The position numbers were made by a program, and so were the translations under genes. The notes under the pieces were generated by a model, which searched no databases, was not told where the DNA came from, and saw nothing but the letters and a program-made list of their open reading frames with translations. From Paraspadella gotoi (Eukaryota; Animalia; Chaetognatha), in NCBI GenBank assembly GCA_051294375.1, contig CM119268.1, forward strand, positions 16,373,074 through 16,437,073: a stretch of DNA of 64,000 bases, read 5' to 3'. Shown one piece after another: positions 1 to 12,861 of this stretch (position 1 is its first letter; every line of letters begins with the position of its first letter).

Positions 1-2482
1 TTTTTAAAAAACCAATGAATAAAATAATTTAATTATCTTCACTATATTAAATACATGAAAACTAACAATCTTCTTTTAAATCATACCATTCTCTCTCATT
101 CACACTGTGATTAGTTTTTACAATTATCTCCACTTATTGGTTGGCCCAGGTCAGAACTGCGTTATTGTTTCACCGTCCCAATTCGCATTCATATTCATGT
201 TAAATTTATAACCCTCTTGTATATATTTCGACCAATCGGATATTTTCCCGCCATTATGAACAATTCTAACTCACGCCTTTCCCAATTATTTCTCCCTCCC
301 TCCCCTTCCGACTATAAAAAAAAAAACCTCGAACGAAAAAAGAAAAGCGTCCATGAAAAAAAAAGATCAAAAGGAAAACAAAAGAACAGGAGGTTGCATC
401 TGTTCGTCGTCGCGGCCGTCGGTGGCGCTGGAGGGCGAAAGCGAAAGAAAGGGGGAAGGGCGAATCACGATTGCCGAGGTTGTTGGCGTTTTGCAGTTGA
501 GATTGTTTCTTTGGGCAGTATATCAGTATGAATAATTGAAATATTTAATAGTTTTAATATTTTTATGTCAATGTATGGTACTTATGTCGCGTTAGATTAC
601 GATAATATTACGTTATTTGTTAATATAATATTTATAAATTTTAACCTTTTTTTTTCCTCTTTCAATTTCATCTATTTCTTCTTCATTCCACCCCCCCCCA
701 TTTCCCCTCTTTAATTCCTCCCCCATGATTTTCAACTTTGAATAATTCTCTCTTACGTCATCGAATCACGATTGTGACGATGACGATTGTGATGACTGTG
801 AGTCTGTGAATCTGTGAGTCTGTGAGCTACAAAACCCACGGGATCGTTCAAGATCCTGCTGGTGAGTAATAAATGTTGAGAAAAAAATCGATCTATAATT
901 CGTAGGAAGAAATTAGCAATTTGGGGCGAGAGCCGTTTAAATAAATTTTAAGGAAAAGAGGGCGGTAATAGCGATGTTTCCAGAAACTAAGGTTGATTGA
1001 AGAAAGAGAGTAATAGATAGAGACATCGGGTCGCCACTCACCCAATCGTCAAAGTAAAAAAAAAGAGAGAGAAAGAGAGAGAGAGAGAGGGAAATGATTT
1101 TTTTTTTTCCCGAATTAAAAAGTTTTTCTATTCTGGCGATGGTTCAAACTATTTTCCCACCCTCTATTTGGTGTTGCCGCCCTTGTGCCTTCACCCACCC
1201 TACTATTCCTTTTCAATCAACTGAGTTCGAATGATGCCATTAAATATTAAACAAAACAAATTAAAGAATTAAAATAATTAGTAAAAAAATAATAAAAAAA
1301 GGAAATATCCTCAAAAGATTTCCGTAACCGAGTGAACTCTACAAAAAAAACTCAAGCCAGACTTTTCTTATCAAATTTCCGATATAAATGATTTTTTTTC
1401 TCTCGTATTATTAAAAATCTAAATCGTTGNNNNNNNNNNNNNNNNNNNNNNNNNNNNNNNNNNNNNNNNNNNNNNNNNNNNNNNNNNNNNNNNNNNNNNN
1501 NNNNNNNNNNNNNNNNNNNNNNNNNNNNNNNNNNNNNNNNNNNNNNNNNNNNNNNNNNNNNNNNNNNNNNNNNNNNNNNNNNNNNNNNNNNNNNNNNNNN
1601 NNNNNNNNNNNNNNNNNNNNNNNNNNNNNNNNNNNNNNNNNNNNNNGCTTATCAAGGGTTTTTTTCAATTTTTGATAGTAGCTACTCGGGTTACGGTCAC
1701 TTAATTGGATATTGAATAATGCATATTACGTATATAATTTTAAGCCAATTCGTACTTCAGCAATATATTTATTTTCTTTGCCAACCCGCGGACCAATCAA
1801 AACAGACCTCTTCAAACGCGTCTATTCTACNNNNNNNNNNNNNNNNNNNNNNNNNNNNNNNNNNNNNNNNNNNNNNNNNNNNNNNNNNNNNNNNNNNNNN
1901 NNNNNNNNNNNNNNNNNNNNNNNNNNNNNNNNNNNNNNNNNNNNNNNNNNNNNNNNNNNNNNNNNNNNNNNNNNNNNNNNNNNNNNNNNNNNNNNNNNNN
2001 NNNNNNNNNNNNNNNTTTTTTTCAAAGTGTAAGCCCGTATTTTGCTTCAACTTATTTTTCGACGTCGAACTCCGAAATAAATGAATCCGATTTTCGCAAA
2101 AGTTTAAAAAACCGAAAAAANNNNNNNNNNNNNNNNNNNNNNNNNNNNNNNNNNNNNNNNNNNNNNNNNNNNNNNNNNNNNNNNNNNNNNNNNNNNNNNN
2201 NNNNNNNNNNNNNNNNNNNNNNNNNNNNNNNNNNNNNNNNNNNNNNNNNNNNNNNNNNNNNNNNNNNNNNNNNNNNNNNNNNNNNNNNNNNNNNNNNNNN
2301 NNNNNNNNNNNNNNNNNNNNNNNNNNNNNNNNNNNNNNNNNNNNNNNNNNNNNNNNNNNNNNNNNNNTTTTTTCCCTATTTTTAAAATTTTCGGATTTTC
2401 TTTCTTTCTGTCATTTTTTCGTTTTCATTTCCCCGAAAGCCTGATTGTCCCTCATTTCAATTCCTCCCTCTTTCATTTTTAA
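1..2482. repeat. Near-identical copy of 7165-9541 (local duplication, probably haplotype/assembly redundancy)
   Basis: Colinear match differing mainly by 1-nt indels; this copy has three N gaps whose content is present in the second copy. Confidence 0.9.
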
Positions 2483-2520
2483 AGAAAGAAAGAAAAGAAA
2501 GAAAAGAAAGAAAGAAGAAA

Positions 2521-2597
<77 letters not shown>

Positions 2598-2598
2598 A
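2482..2598. repeat. (AAAG)n microsatellite; similar tracts at ~16110-16186 and ~18567-18702. Many (AG)n tracts occur throughout, e.g. 3300-3388, 6107-6210, 23797-23900, 24708-24811
   Basis: Directly visible; these tracts account for most of the RERE/SLSL/KKER ORFs in the track. Confidence 0.98.
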
Positions 2599-3290
2599 AT
2601 ACCGAGCGACCAAGCCAGCTTGTACCTCAGGAAAGAAAAACCAGATTCAACGTCGAAAGAAAAAAAAATTGAATCGTCTTGACGGCATTCACGCGTTTTG
2701 GATTTTCACGATTCACGCGATTCTCACCCCCGACGCGCGCGTGGTGTGAATCGATGTAACTTCACCTTCACACGAGGCAAACATCCAGTGTGAAATCTCA
2801 CCCTCCGTCTGAGGATTGGAGTTTGAAAAAAAAATTCGCGTACGATTTTTATTTTACAGGTAACGAGAACTCCTTGAAACGGATAAAACCCGGGAGTCAG
2901 TTCGATGTTAGTATTAGTAATAGCTGATTATTTTATTTTTAAATATATATGAAATAATAATAATGCAATAACATATTTGTTTTTTTCATGTTTTAAATTC
3001 CTCGAAAATAGGTTGTAAAATGATTTGTAATTGAAAATAATCTAAACCATTCCTATAGTTTCCCGCAGAACATCACAAGAGAAGTAGGCTCTAATTGTAA
3101 GAAAATAGACAAATCTTTAGGTTTAAATCAATAAACTTATACCTTGTTATTTTAGTCGTTGTTGTGTGTTGTTTCCGCCTCATTAATTTCGGAGCGCTTC
3201 TCCCGGCTTTTGGAGTCGTCTTGAAAGGCTTAATTAAGCCGTAAATCAGACTCATCATGATGTACAGAGAGAGAGAGATAAAAAGAAGAT

Positions 3291-3357
<67 letters not shown>

Positions 3358-3993
3358 GAGAGAGAGAGAAATAGAGAGAGAGAGAGGGAGGGTGTGAATG
3401 AAGAAAATCTGACTCATAAACCAAAGTCTACCACTTTGGGGAAAAAGGGAAAAAAAATGTCAATTGAAACATGTAAATTAATCGTCAACAGAAAAGAAAG
3501 GAAATTTCCCACGCAATCATAACTGTCAAACGCCCAAAATTATGCAGTCCATAAAAGATTCTATGTTTAAATAGAAAAACAGTAGCGATAAAAGTTGTAA
3601 ATAAACTTTTAAATAAAAAATCCTGTGAAATGGATTGATTTAAAACAAAGGAAAATATTTCTAGTTTACTAAAATATTGAAATTTTCGATTCATGTATTT
3701 CACTCATCTTTTCATATGTGACGGACATGACAAAAAATTAATTGTGAAAAATTGGGGCCCCAAAAATTGTTTTTAAAGGTTGCTACTTTTTTAACTTTTT
3801 TTTACCCCGTGTTTCCTTTAATTCTTGCAGGCTTGAAAAAAATGCAGCGCCTAAGAATCGGAACGTGCTCGGAGGGAGAAATTGATTATTGGATCGATAC
3901 CCAAACAACAAAACCTAGAGCGCAGAGTAAACAGGAGAGAGAAAAAAAACCCCCATTGGGGGGACAAAAACGAGAGAGAGAGAAAAAGAGAGA

Positions 3994-4080
<87 letters not shown>

Positions 4081-5122
4081 CGCAAGAGAGCTAGAAGTTT
4101 CATGAACTCCGACTGAATAAAACTGCTAACTTTCTAAATTTGAATTTTTCAAATTTAATTTATTTTTATTTCAATTTTTGTTTTCCAATGTCCGATTTTA
4201 CATCTCGACCTCCTCTATCCCGAGTAATTGAATCTAGGGTAGGTCCCGTTGGGTTGTTTTGCCCCATTCGGCCTCCTTTCGGGGCCTTTTTCTGGGTCTC
4301 TCTGGCTGCAACAAAGGCGGGTGATGGAATAAGGGGTAGGGGGGAGCGAGAGAGATAGAGAGAGAGAGAAGAGAAGAGAGAGAGAGAGAGAGAGAGAGAT
4401 TTTTCAAAAGAAAAGCGAACATCGTATAGAAAACGACACAAGGCACAATAACCCGTGGCGCAACAACAAACCTTTACACCACGAAGGAAAAAAGAAACGG
4501 AAAAAAAAATCTGAGAAAAAGGAGAACAAAAAAGAACAAAAAAAAAGAACAAAAAGTCGAAGAAAACGAACGAAAACAGTCTGGACGGCACGGAGGCTAA
4601 ACGTTTTGGATCAAAACAAAAGACGGATCTGACTTAATCGTTTTTTTTTCTTTATGGATTGAATGATAATTTACGATTTGTAAGCAAACAGGTATGTTAG
4701 AAACGTAACAAGTTTATCAAAGGTAAAAAGCTTACTTTGTTAAGTTAATATACACATAAGCGAATTAAAATTTAATAACAGCTTTAAGCGACTAAAAAAA
4801 CAAGGCCAATGTAAAATTTTTGAAGCGGCATATTTCCCAAGAACGAAAAAAAAAAAATGTGTAGGCCTTTTTGCCCTGCCTCATTATTCTTTCTTTTTTC
4901 CCTATTTTCTCTTTTTTTTCAGCTTTTGGATTCTTTTCCTAGCCGCAGAATTTTTTTCTTCTCTCTCCATGAGAGATAGTAGAGGGGAGAGAATTTAGGG
5001 GAGAGAACCAAGTATGAAATGGTGGGGGGAATAAGAGAGAGGGTGGAGAAAAGGTGAGGAAAATAATGGAGATATGAAGAACATTGTGAGATATACAATG
5101 AAATATAACAAGAAGAATTTAC

Positions 5123-5206
<84 letters not shown>

Positions 5207-6104
5207 TGATCGACCGGCGCCGATTAGACTAGAAAAAATAAATCAGGAAAACGGGGTTGCGAAGAATGGTGATGACGAGGATCCAAGTGTGAGGAGATGT
5301 GAAAGCAGTTGGGGTGGGATGCAAATATTATGAAAGGTGTAAAGAATTGAACTAAAGATTAGTAAGTAAAGTGGGAAAGGTCGACAAAAGGGGCTATTTA
5401 GGGATAAAAACTCCGGAATGAGAAAGAAATGAAGGATGAAGAGGAGAGAGAGAGAGAGAGAGAGAGAAGAGAGAGAGAGAAGAGAGAGAGAGATTCCCTC
5501 GGACGATTCCGTCCGTCCAGATGAGTCAGCGACGGTCAAAGGAAAACAGGATGAAAGATAAGAGTCAACAGAAAAGAATGAAGAAATAAAAGAAGAAGAA
5601 AAAGAAAGAAAAGAAAGAGAAAAAAAAGAAACTAACATTACTTTTTGAGAAGGAGGAGAGATTTTAATTACTGTTAAAACAAGATGAAAAGAGGAAAGGG
5701 ATCGGGAAAAATTGATGATCTATTCCTAAGAGGATTCCTTGGCAAGATGGAGGCTCAGGTCAGAGAGTCCAAGGTCAGACATTGAAGATCACGCATTCGG
5801 TTCCTTTGTTATTGCTGGTCAGATATTGTTTTGATTATTTTTATTGTTATTGTTACTTCAGTTCTTCTTTAAAACTGACCTCTCTCTCTGCGCTTAACTT
5901 TTTAAATCCATTTAAAGGCAATTGAGCGAATATTTATCATCCAAACACTAATTAATTTTTTTTTTCTCAGTCAAATTCCAACATTCTTTGGATAAACGAT
6001 TTTTTTACTTAAAACATCAATGACATTCTCCTGTGAGCCACTAAATCGTAAAATTAAGAGAGATGATTTCCAGGTGATCAGAAAGTGAGTGTGAGAGAGA
6101 AGAG

Positions 6105-6207
<103 letters not shown>

Positions 6208-6688
6208 AGAGGAGAGCTCATCTGAGATCGATTAACAGGCGAACGTCCATGATTTTGGAGGAGAGCGGCACAAAAGACTACATCAAAACAAAGTAGGATT
6301 AAAGACAAAACAACCGAAAGGAAATAAAACCAGTGGCTTTGCCTGCGCCTTAATGTGCCTATATGCCTATATTGTTGTATTACGAAATATTTAATAATAA
6401 ATATAATAAATAAACTTGTAAATGCATTAGTTAGTAATATTAATTTAGTGTACCACTAACCAGAAGTAAGAACATACGAGTATAAAAAGCGAGTATAAAA
6501 AAGCGCATCAAAACAAAAAGATCATCGAAAACAAGAAAATGAGTGAATCGAATCGAAAGAGACTACAGATGGCGGGAGACGAGGAAGATAAAAAAATAGG
6601 AGGAGGGGGGGAGAAGAGAATAGAAAGGGAGGAAATGATTAGGATAGGAAGAGAAGGGAGGAGAGAGAAAAAGAGGAAAAGGGATTGT

Positions 6689-6771
<83 letters not shown>

Positions 6772-7164
6772 AGAGAGAGAGAGTTAATCAGGGCAGATCG
6801 GAGACATCGTCGGCCGAGAAATCGTCGTCGCTGATTATCGTCGTCGGCGTCTAAACGTTTCTTCATTGAGTTTCGTTGATGCGAGAAAATAAAAGGTGAC
6901 GTGGATTAGTTTAATTCCAGACTCGTCGTTACTTTAATGAAAATAAAATAAAACGCGGTGGCTTTCAGGTTCATTTTGTCTATATAATAATTATTGATAT
7001 TGATATTATATGATAATTTTACAAACGTAATAATAAAATACTATCACGATAGACAAACTTTAGAAAATTTTAAAAAAAAGTGATAGAATTTTCGCTCTCA
7101 GTTTTAAGTCATCGATACTTTTGCATCCCTTTGTGCAAGAAATAGTTTAAAATCTTGTAATTAC

Positions 7165-9541
7165 TTTTTAAAAAAAAACAATGAATAAAATAATTTTAAT
7201 TATCTCACTATATTAAAATACATGAAAACTAACAATCTTCTTTAAATCATACCATTCTCTCTCATTCACACTGTGATTAGTTTTACAATTATCTCCACTT
7301 ATTGGTTGGCCAGGTCAGAACGGCGTTATTGTTTCACCGTCCAATTCGCATTCATATTCATGTTAAATTTATAACCTCTTGTATATATTTCGACCAATCG
7401 ATATTTTCCGCCTTATGAACAATTTCTAACTCACGCCTTTCCAATTATTTCTCCCTCCCTCCCCTTCCGACTATAAAAAAAAAAAACCTCGAACGAAAAA
7501 GAAAAAGCGTCCATGAAAAAAAAAGATCAAAAGGAAAACAAAGAACAGGAGGTTGCATTGTTCGTCGTCGCGGCCGTCGGTGGCGCTGGAGGGCGAAAGC
7601 GAAAGAAAGGGGGAAGGGCGAATCACGATTGCCGAGGTTGTTGGCGTTTTGCAGTTGAGATTGTTCTTTTGGGCAGTATATCAGTATGAAATAATTGAAA
7701 TATTAATAGTTTTAATATTTTTATGTCAATGTATGGTACTTATGTCGCGTTAGATTACGATAATATTACGTTATTTTAGTTAAATATTTTATAAATTTTA
7801 ACCTTTTTTTTCCTCTTTTCAATTTCATCTATTTCTTCTTCATTCCACCCCCCCCCCCATTTCCCCTCTTTAATTCCTCCCCCATGATTTTCAACTTTGA
7901 ATAATTCTCTCTTACGTCATCGAATCACGATTGTGACGATGACGATTGTGATGCTGTGAGTCTGTGAATCTGTGAGTCTGTTGAGCACAAAACCCACGGG
8001 ATCGTTCAAGATCCTGCTGGTGAGTAATAAATGTGAGAAAAAAAATCGATCTATAATTCGTAGGAAGAAATTAGCAAATTTGGGGCGAGAGCCGTTTAAA
8101 TAAATTTTAAGGAAAAGAGGGCGGTAATAGCGATGTTTCCAGAAACTAAGGTTGATTGAAGAAAGAGAGTAATAGATAGAGACATCGGGTCGCCACTCAC
8201 CCAATCGTCAAAGTAAAAAAAAAGAGAGAGAAAGAGAGAGAGAGAGAGGAAATGATTTTTTTTTTTCCCGAATTAAAAAGTTTTTCTATTCTGGCGATGG
8301 TTCAAACTATTTCCCACCCTCTATTTGGTGTTGCCGCCTTGTGCCTTCACCCACCCTACTATCCTTTTCAATCAACTGAAGTTCGAAGATGCCATTAAAT
8401 ATTAAACAAAACAAATTAAAGAATTAAAATAATTAGTAAAAAAATAATAAAAAAAGGGAAATATCCTAAAAGATTTCCGTAAACAGAGTGAACTCTACAA
8501 AAAAAAAAAAACTCAAGCCAGACTTTTCTTATCAAAATTTCCTATATAAATTATTTTTTTTCCCTCGTATTATTAAAAATCTAAATCGTTGATTATTCTT
8601 AATTTTTGAAGTGAAACCCTCCTTCCTCCGCCCGGCAGGTCCGCGAAATTTTCACAGAGTTTGAAGGACTAAACAAAAATCTACGGGGGTTTGTTTACAT
8701 TCCGCGAGTGGGACGTCGTTCTTAGTAAGTTTTTTTTTGGGGGGGGTTGACTTAAAGAAAGAAAAAGAAAAATATTATTGCTGTTTTTGCTGTATAATTA
8801 AGGGGATGATTATTTTTCATGAACGAAAAGAAACTAAAAACGCTTATCAAGGGTTTTTTTCAAAATTTCTGATAGTAGCTACTAGGGTTACGGTCACTTA
8901 ATTGGATATCGAATAATGCATATTACATATATAATTTTAAGCCAATTGGTACTTCAGCAATATATTTATTTTCTTTGCCAACCCGCAGACCAATCCAAAC
9001 AGACTCTTCAAAATGCGTCTATTCTACTAAAAATTGAAAAAACTCGAAAGAAAATGGTGTAAGGATATTAGAAAAGAAAACCTCTAATAAGCGATTACTC
9101 GTTAAGAACGTTCTCCCCCCCCTCTCTCCGAATCCGAATTTCAAGCGTCCCTCCTAGTTCCCCCCCCCTTTTTTTTTTTTCAAAAAGTGTAAAGCCCGTA
9201 ATTTGCTTCAACTTATTTTTCGACGTCGATACTCCGAAATAAATGAATCCGATTCGCAAAAGTTTAAAAAACCGAAAAAAAAATGTTTTGTTTTTTTTTT
9301 TTTTTTTTTTTTTTTCTCTCTTTTTTCGCAAAAAAAGAAAAAGTTGAGATTCTTCAACTCTCGCGCCAAAAAAGAGTTGAGATCTCACTCTCGCGCAACG
9401 TTTTTCTTTCGTTTTTAGTCGTTTTTTTTCCCTATTTTTAAATTTTTCGGATTTTCTTTCTTTCTGTCATTTTTTTCGTTTTCTATTTCCCGAAAGCCGT
9501 GATTGTCCCTCATTTCAATTCCTCCCTCTTTCATTTTTTAA
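7165..9541. repeat. Second copy of the 1-2482 segment
   Basis: Same sequence as the window start, ungapped. Confidence 0.9.
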
Positions 9542-9965
9542 GAATTATACTAGAAGGTTTTCTCGATTCAAACTTTGCCAATTCTCCATTAAACAACTAA
9601 TTAGGAGCAAGCATGGACGAATTTAAAACATCTTCCCATTTTTTAGCAAAGAGTTTCTAACAACTTTACCTCGTTTACTCTGTCTCTTTCCCATTTTCAA
9701 ACATTCTTCATCCCATTTACACCCCATGTCCCTTTCCATTTTCCACCCAGCGTCTCTTTCCCATTTAAAACTACGAGCGTCTTCCTCATCCATTATCTCC
9801 TTAAATTTCGAACTCGGTCGTCGTCCGTGGTCGTCGTCGTCGCTTCTCCTGATTACTTTTGACATTTTTAACACCATTTTTTTTATCCATGCAATTTTTT
9901 TTTAATGCTGAGTTCGAAATTAGACATTTTACAACCATATTATCCATAACATAATATATAACATA

Positions 9966-10163
9966 ATAGGGAAGCCAGGTACTCTGGGAGTGAATAAACG
10001 AGACTGTGAGAGAGTCCTTGATGAAGCTTGCATACCTGCTATTCATTATCTTGTAGGAGTGATGGAGGCCTTAAACCACCAAAGCCTGTCCAAAGTCAGG
10101 GGCCAAGATAGCTTATTTATTAAATGAATGATAATTTTTATATTGTTGTACCAATTTCATAAT
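9966..10163 (+). mobile_element. Dispersed repeat family R1, 5'-truncated copy
   Basis: Shares gccaggtactctggg...ggaggccttaaaccaccaaagcctgtccaaagtc...gtaccaatttcataa with the other copies; the 16-mer atattatccataacat lies near both flanks (9937-9952, 10171-10186). Confidence 0.85.
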
Positions 10164-12613
10164 ACATTTAATATTATCCATAACATTTGCGTCACATTTA
10201 AAATTTTGTTTAANNNNNNNNNNNNNNNNNNNNNNNNNAAGTTATCTTAATCAAAACTCAATATGTTTTGATTATTTTTTCTTCTCAGAATTATTCAGGT
10301 GAAAATTTTCTTTTTCCTGTTTTGACAGTTCTTATCGCGCGCGGGTCTGTCAAAACATTTTTTTCTTTCTTTTTTTAGGCTCGTTGATGTTTTCACAAGT
10401 TGCCACTGAATTTCAAATAATGATAACATTTTTAAAGAAAAATTTTAAAATTTAGATTAAAAAAAAAACAACAAAATAATACTACAGCTGAATTGAAAGG
10501 CGGTTTTATTTTGTTTTGCAATTGAAATGTTTGACAGGAAGAAAACGAGATTTAAAAAAAAAGGATTTTTTTACGGATTTGAATTCCAAAAATACTTGTT
10601 AAAAGTATTTAGCGTCAGATTGCGAAATGTAAAATTTGATTTGTTTTTTTTCCTCAAGACGACGATGACGACGTCGACAATCGAGCAACATTCGACAAAA
10701 TTCGACATTCGACTGTGAAAACCAACAAAATGAACTTAGTGGGCCAAGAGAATCCACGATCGAGGATGATTACAAAAGCGAAGACAAAGTAAATATAGTC
10801 ATTTTATAATAAAATTGTAATCAATTAATCAATAAATGGAAATATTAGAGAGGAAAAAAACGTTTGTAGCGGCAAATGAACCAATGAATAACGACGTCCA
10901 ATAACATAAATGTAAAAGGGGAACACCGGGACATAGAGAATGCGGGATCTAATAGAAAAAAATGCCGATGCTGAAAAAGAAAAAAGCGACGACGACGACG
11001 ACGACGACCGGGAGAACAACTAGGAAATTCACGACGAGGACGCGACGTTTACGACCGCCCGCCCTCCAATAAAGCTCGGGGCCACACCACTGATATCGAG
11101 TAGCTCTCAGAATATCGGAATTATCATCAACATTTATTGAATTTTTTAAAGTTTCTCGCTCCTAGATTGATGGATGCTGAGTGGAAAAAAATGTATCGGA
11201 TATTCTGACAAAGAGTATGCAGCAGTCGTAACGCCAAAAATTTGCGACGTGTGAACCGAAATTATCCTGAAGCAAATTGATGCCAGTTGAAAAAAATTAT
11301 GGCCACAGGTAGAGACACACAATTCTGCCGCGATATTTCGATCCAAAATTATCTTAAATTGTATCAAACATATGTCAGTCTTGACTCACACACTTAAGAG
11401 CACAGATGAAGCCAACTTTAGGTATATCACACAACTTAATATACGATTAGACACATGGCATGTATTGTATACGATATATCTCTGGAAGCGTGGATTAGAG
11501 TCGAGGTTTAAATGGAAAAAAACAAAAAACGCGTCTAGGAATTCACTAAATTGAGAGGTATCGAGTTCCTTTTTCCTTTGTCATATTGAAATTCCTGAGA
11601 GCACACATGCAAGCGACTGGTATAAAAAAATCACACTAAGTAGAAGACTGTAGAGAGTGCATACATAGTCAATCCAGTGTAATAATTACTATATTCACAG
11701 TAAGTCCATCAAACAATTCGTCCACTCTCTTCTCTTTATTTCTCTCTCCGTTTCCACCTTCAGCGAACAAAGCTCTCGCTATATTATATCAAACGAGAAT
11801 GGCTAAGAGCTTGGATTGGAAAATTTGTGTGCTAGCGTACGGAAAGCTTGATGAGTCGATCACCAAGCCGCTGGACTTAGAGAGCGCTGCGACTCGGACA
11901 CCGTGAGGTGGATGATCTAAGTGGAAAAAACATAAGTCGCATATTCTAAATATTTTCCTTATTTGAACCATAAGATCTTAATCTAATCATGAATTGGATG
12001 ATAGAATTGTATGATTCTTAATCACTGAATTGTGTGGGTATAAAAATGTGTACAGCCACGATGCTTGATATAAAGTTTCGTGGAAACGTACCAGTGGAAA
12101 GAGTTTAAATGAAAACAATAATGAGTATTCTAATCTTGATTCGTCATTTCTCACTGTAATTTTCTAAACGCCATAATAGAGAGATAAACTTCTGTCTGAG
12201 TGCATTCGTACGGCAACAGTGGTGGGTTGTAAAGACAGACATAGTTATTGACTGAGAATGTGCAGTGCCGAATGAAGTTTAGAGAATGGAAGAAAGCAAT
12301 AACCCTTAGTCCCATCACACACTTCTAATATTAATGCTTGAACTAACAGAATGTTCTTAATCTTATATATTTCTAGCTATATATATTATTAATTTATGTT
12401 AATATGATTGCGACAGGGTTAAAAAAAATACTTAAATAGCATAAAGACGAGATCTTTGAGCAATTTCTCATAAAGAAGAGAGATGCGGGAGAGAGAGTAG
12501 AACGAGAGAACATATAATAGAAAAATATAAGGAATTTGGTTTGTTTTATAATGTTAAACTAACATTCAATTTAAAACTATAAATCACTCATCTATATTTT
12601 TTATATGTAATCT

Positions 12614-12861
12614 AGGCGGAGGAGGAGATAATTATTACACTCTGGGATTTAAATTATATTCATTCACATAATTCACAATATTAATTAAATATTTGAGTTA
12701 ACTCTTATATTTAACTTTAAGTAGGCAGATCCCGACATTGCTTCGCTCAAACTTGCTTTCACTATGTAAATAACCGTCATCTTTCCACATTGAATTTATT
12801 CACCAGCCCACCGAGAAAATTTCATATGTTATATATCATTGATTATCTCCCTCCTCTTCCT
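12614..12861. mobile_element. Possible MITE (~250 bp)
   Basis: Imperfect terminal inverted repeats aggcggaggaggagataat / attatctccctcctcttcct around an AT-rich core. Confidence 0.4.

Noticed and set aside
1430-2367. ORFs spanning poly-X
   Set aside because: Artefacts of N gaps.
11100-11960. Coding-like composition with a canonical-looking intron at 11700-11763
   Set aside because: Stops occur in all frames and no motif was recognised; it may be a decayed transposase, but this is unsupported.
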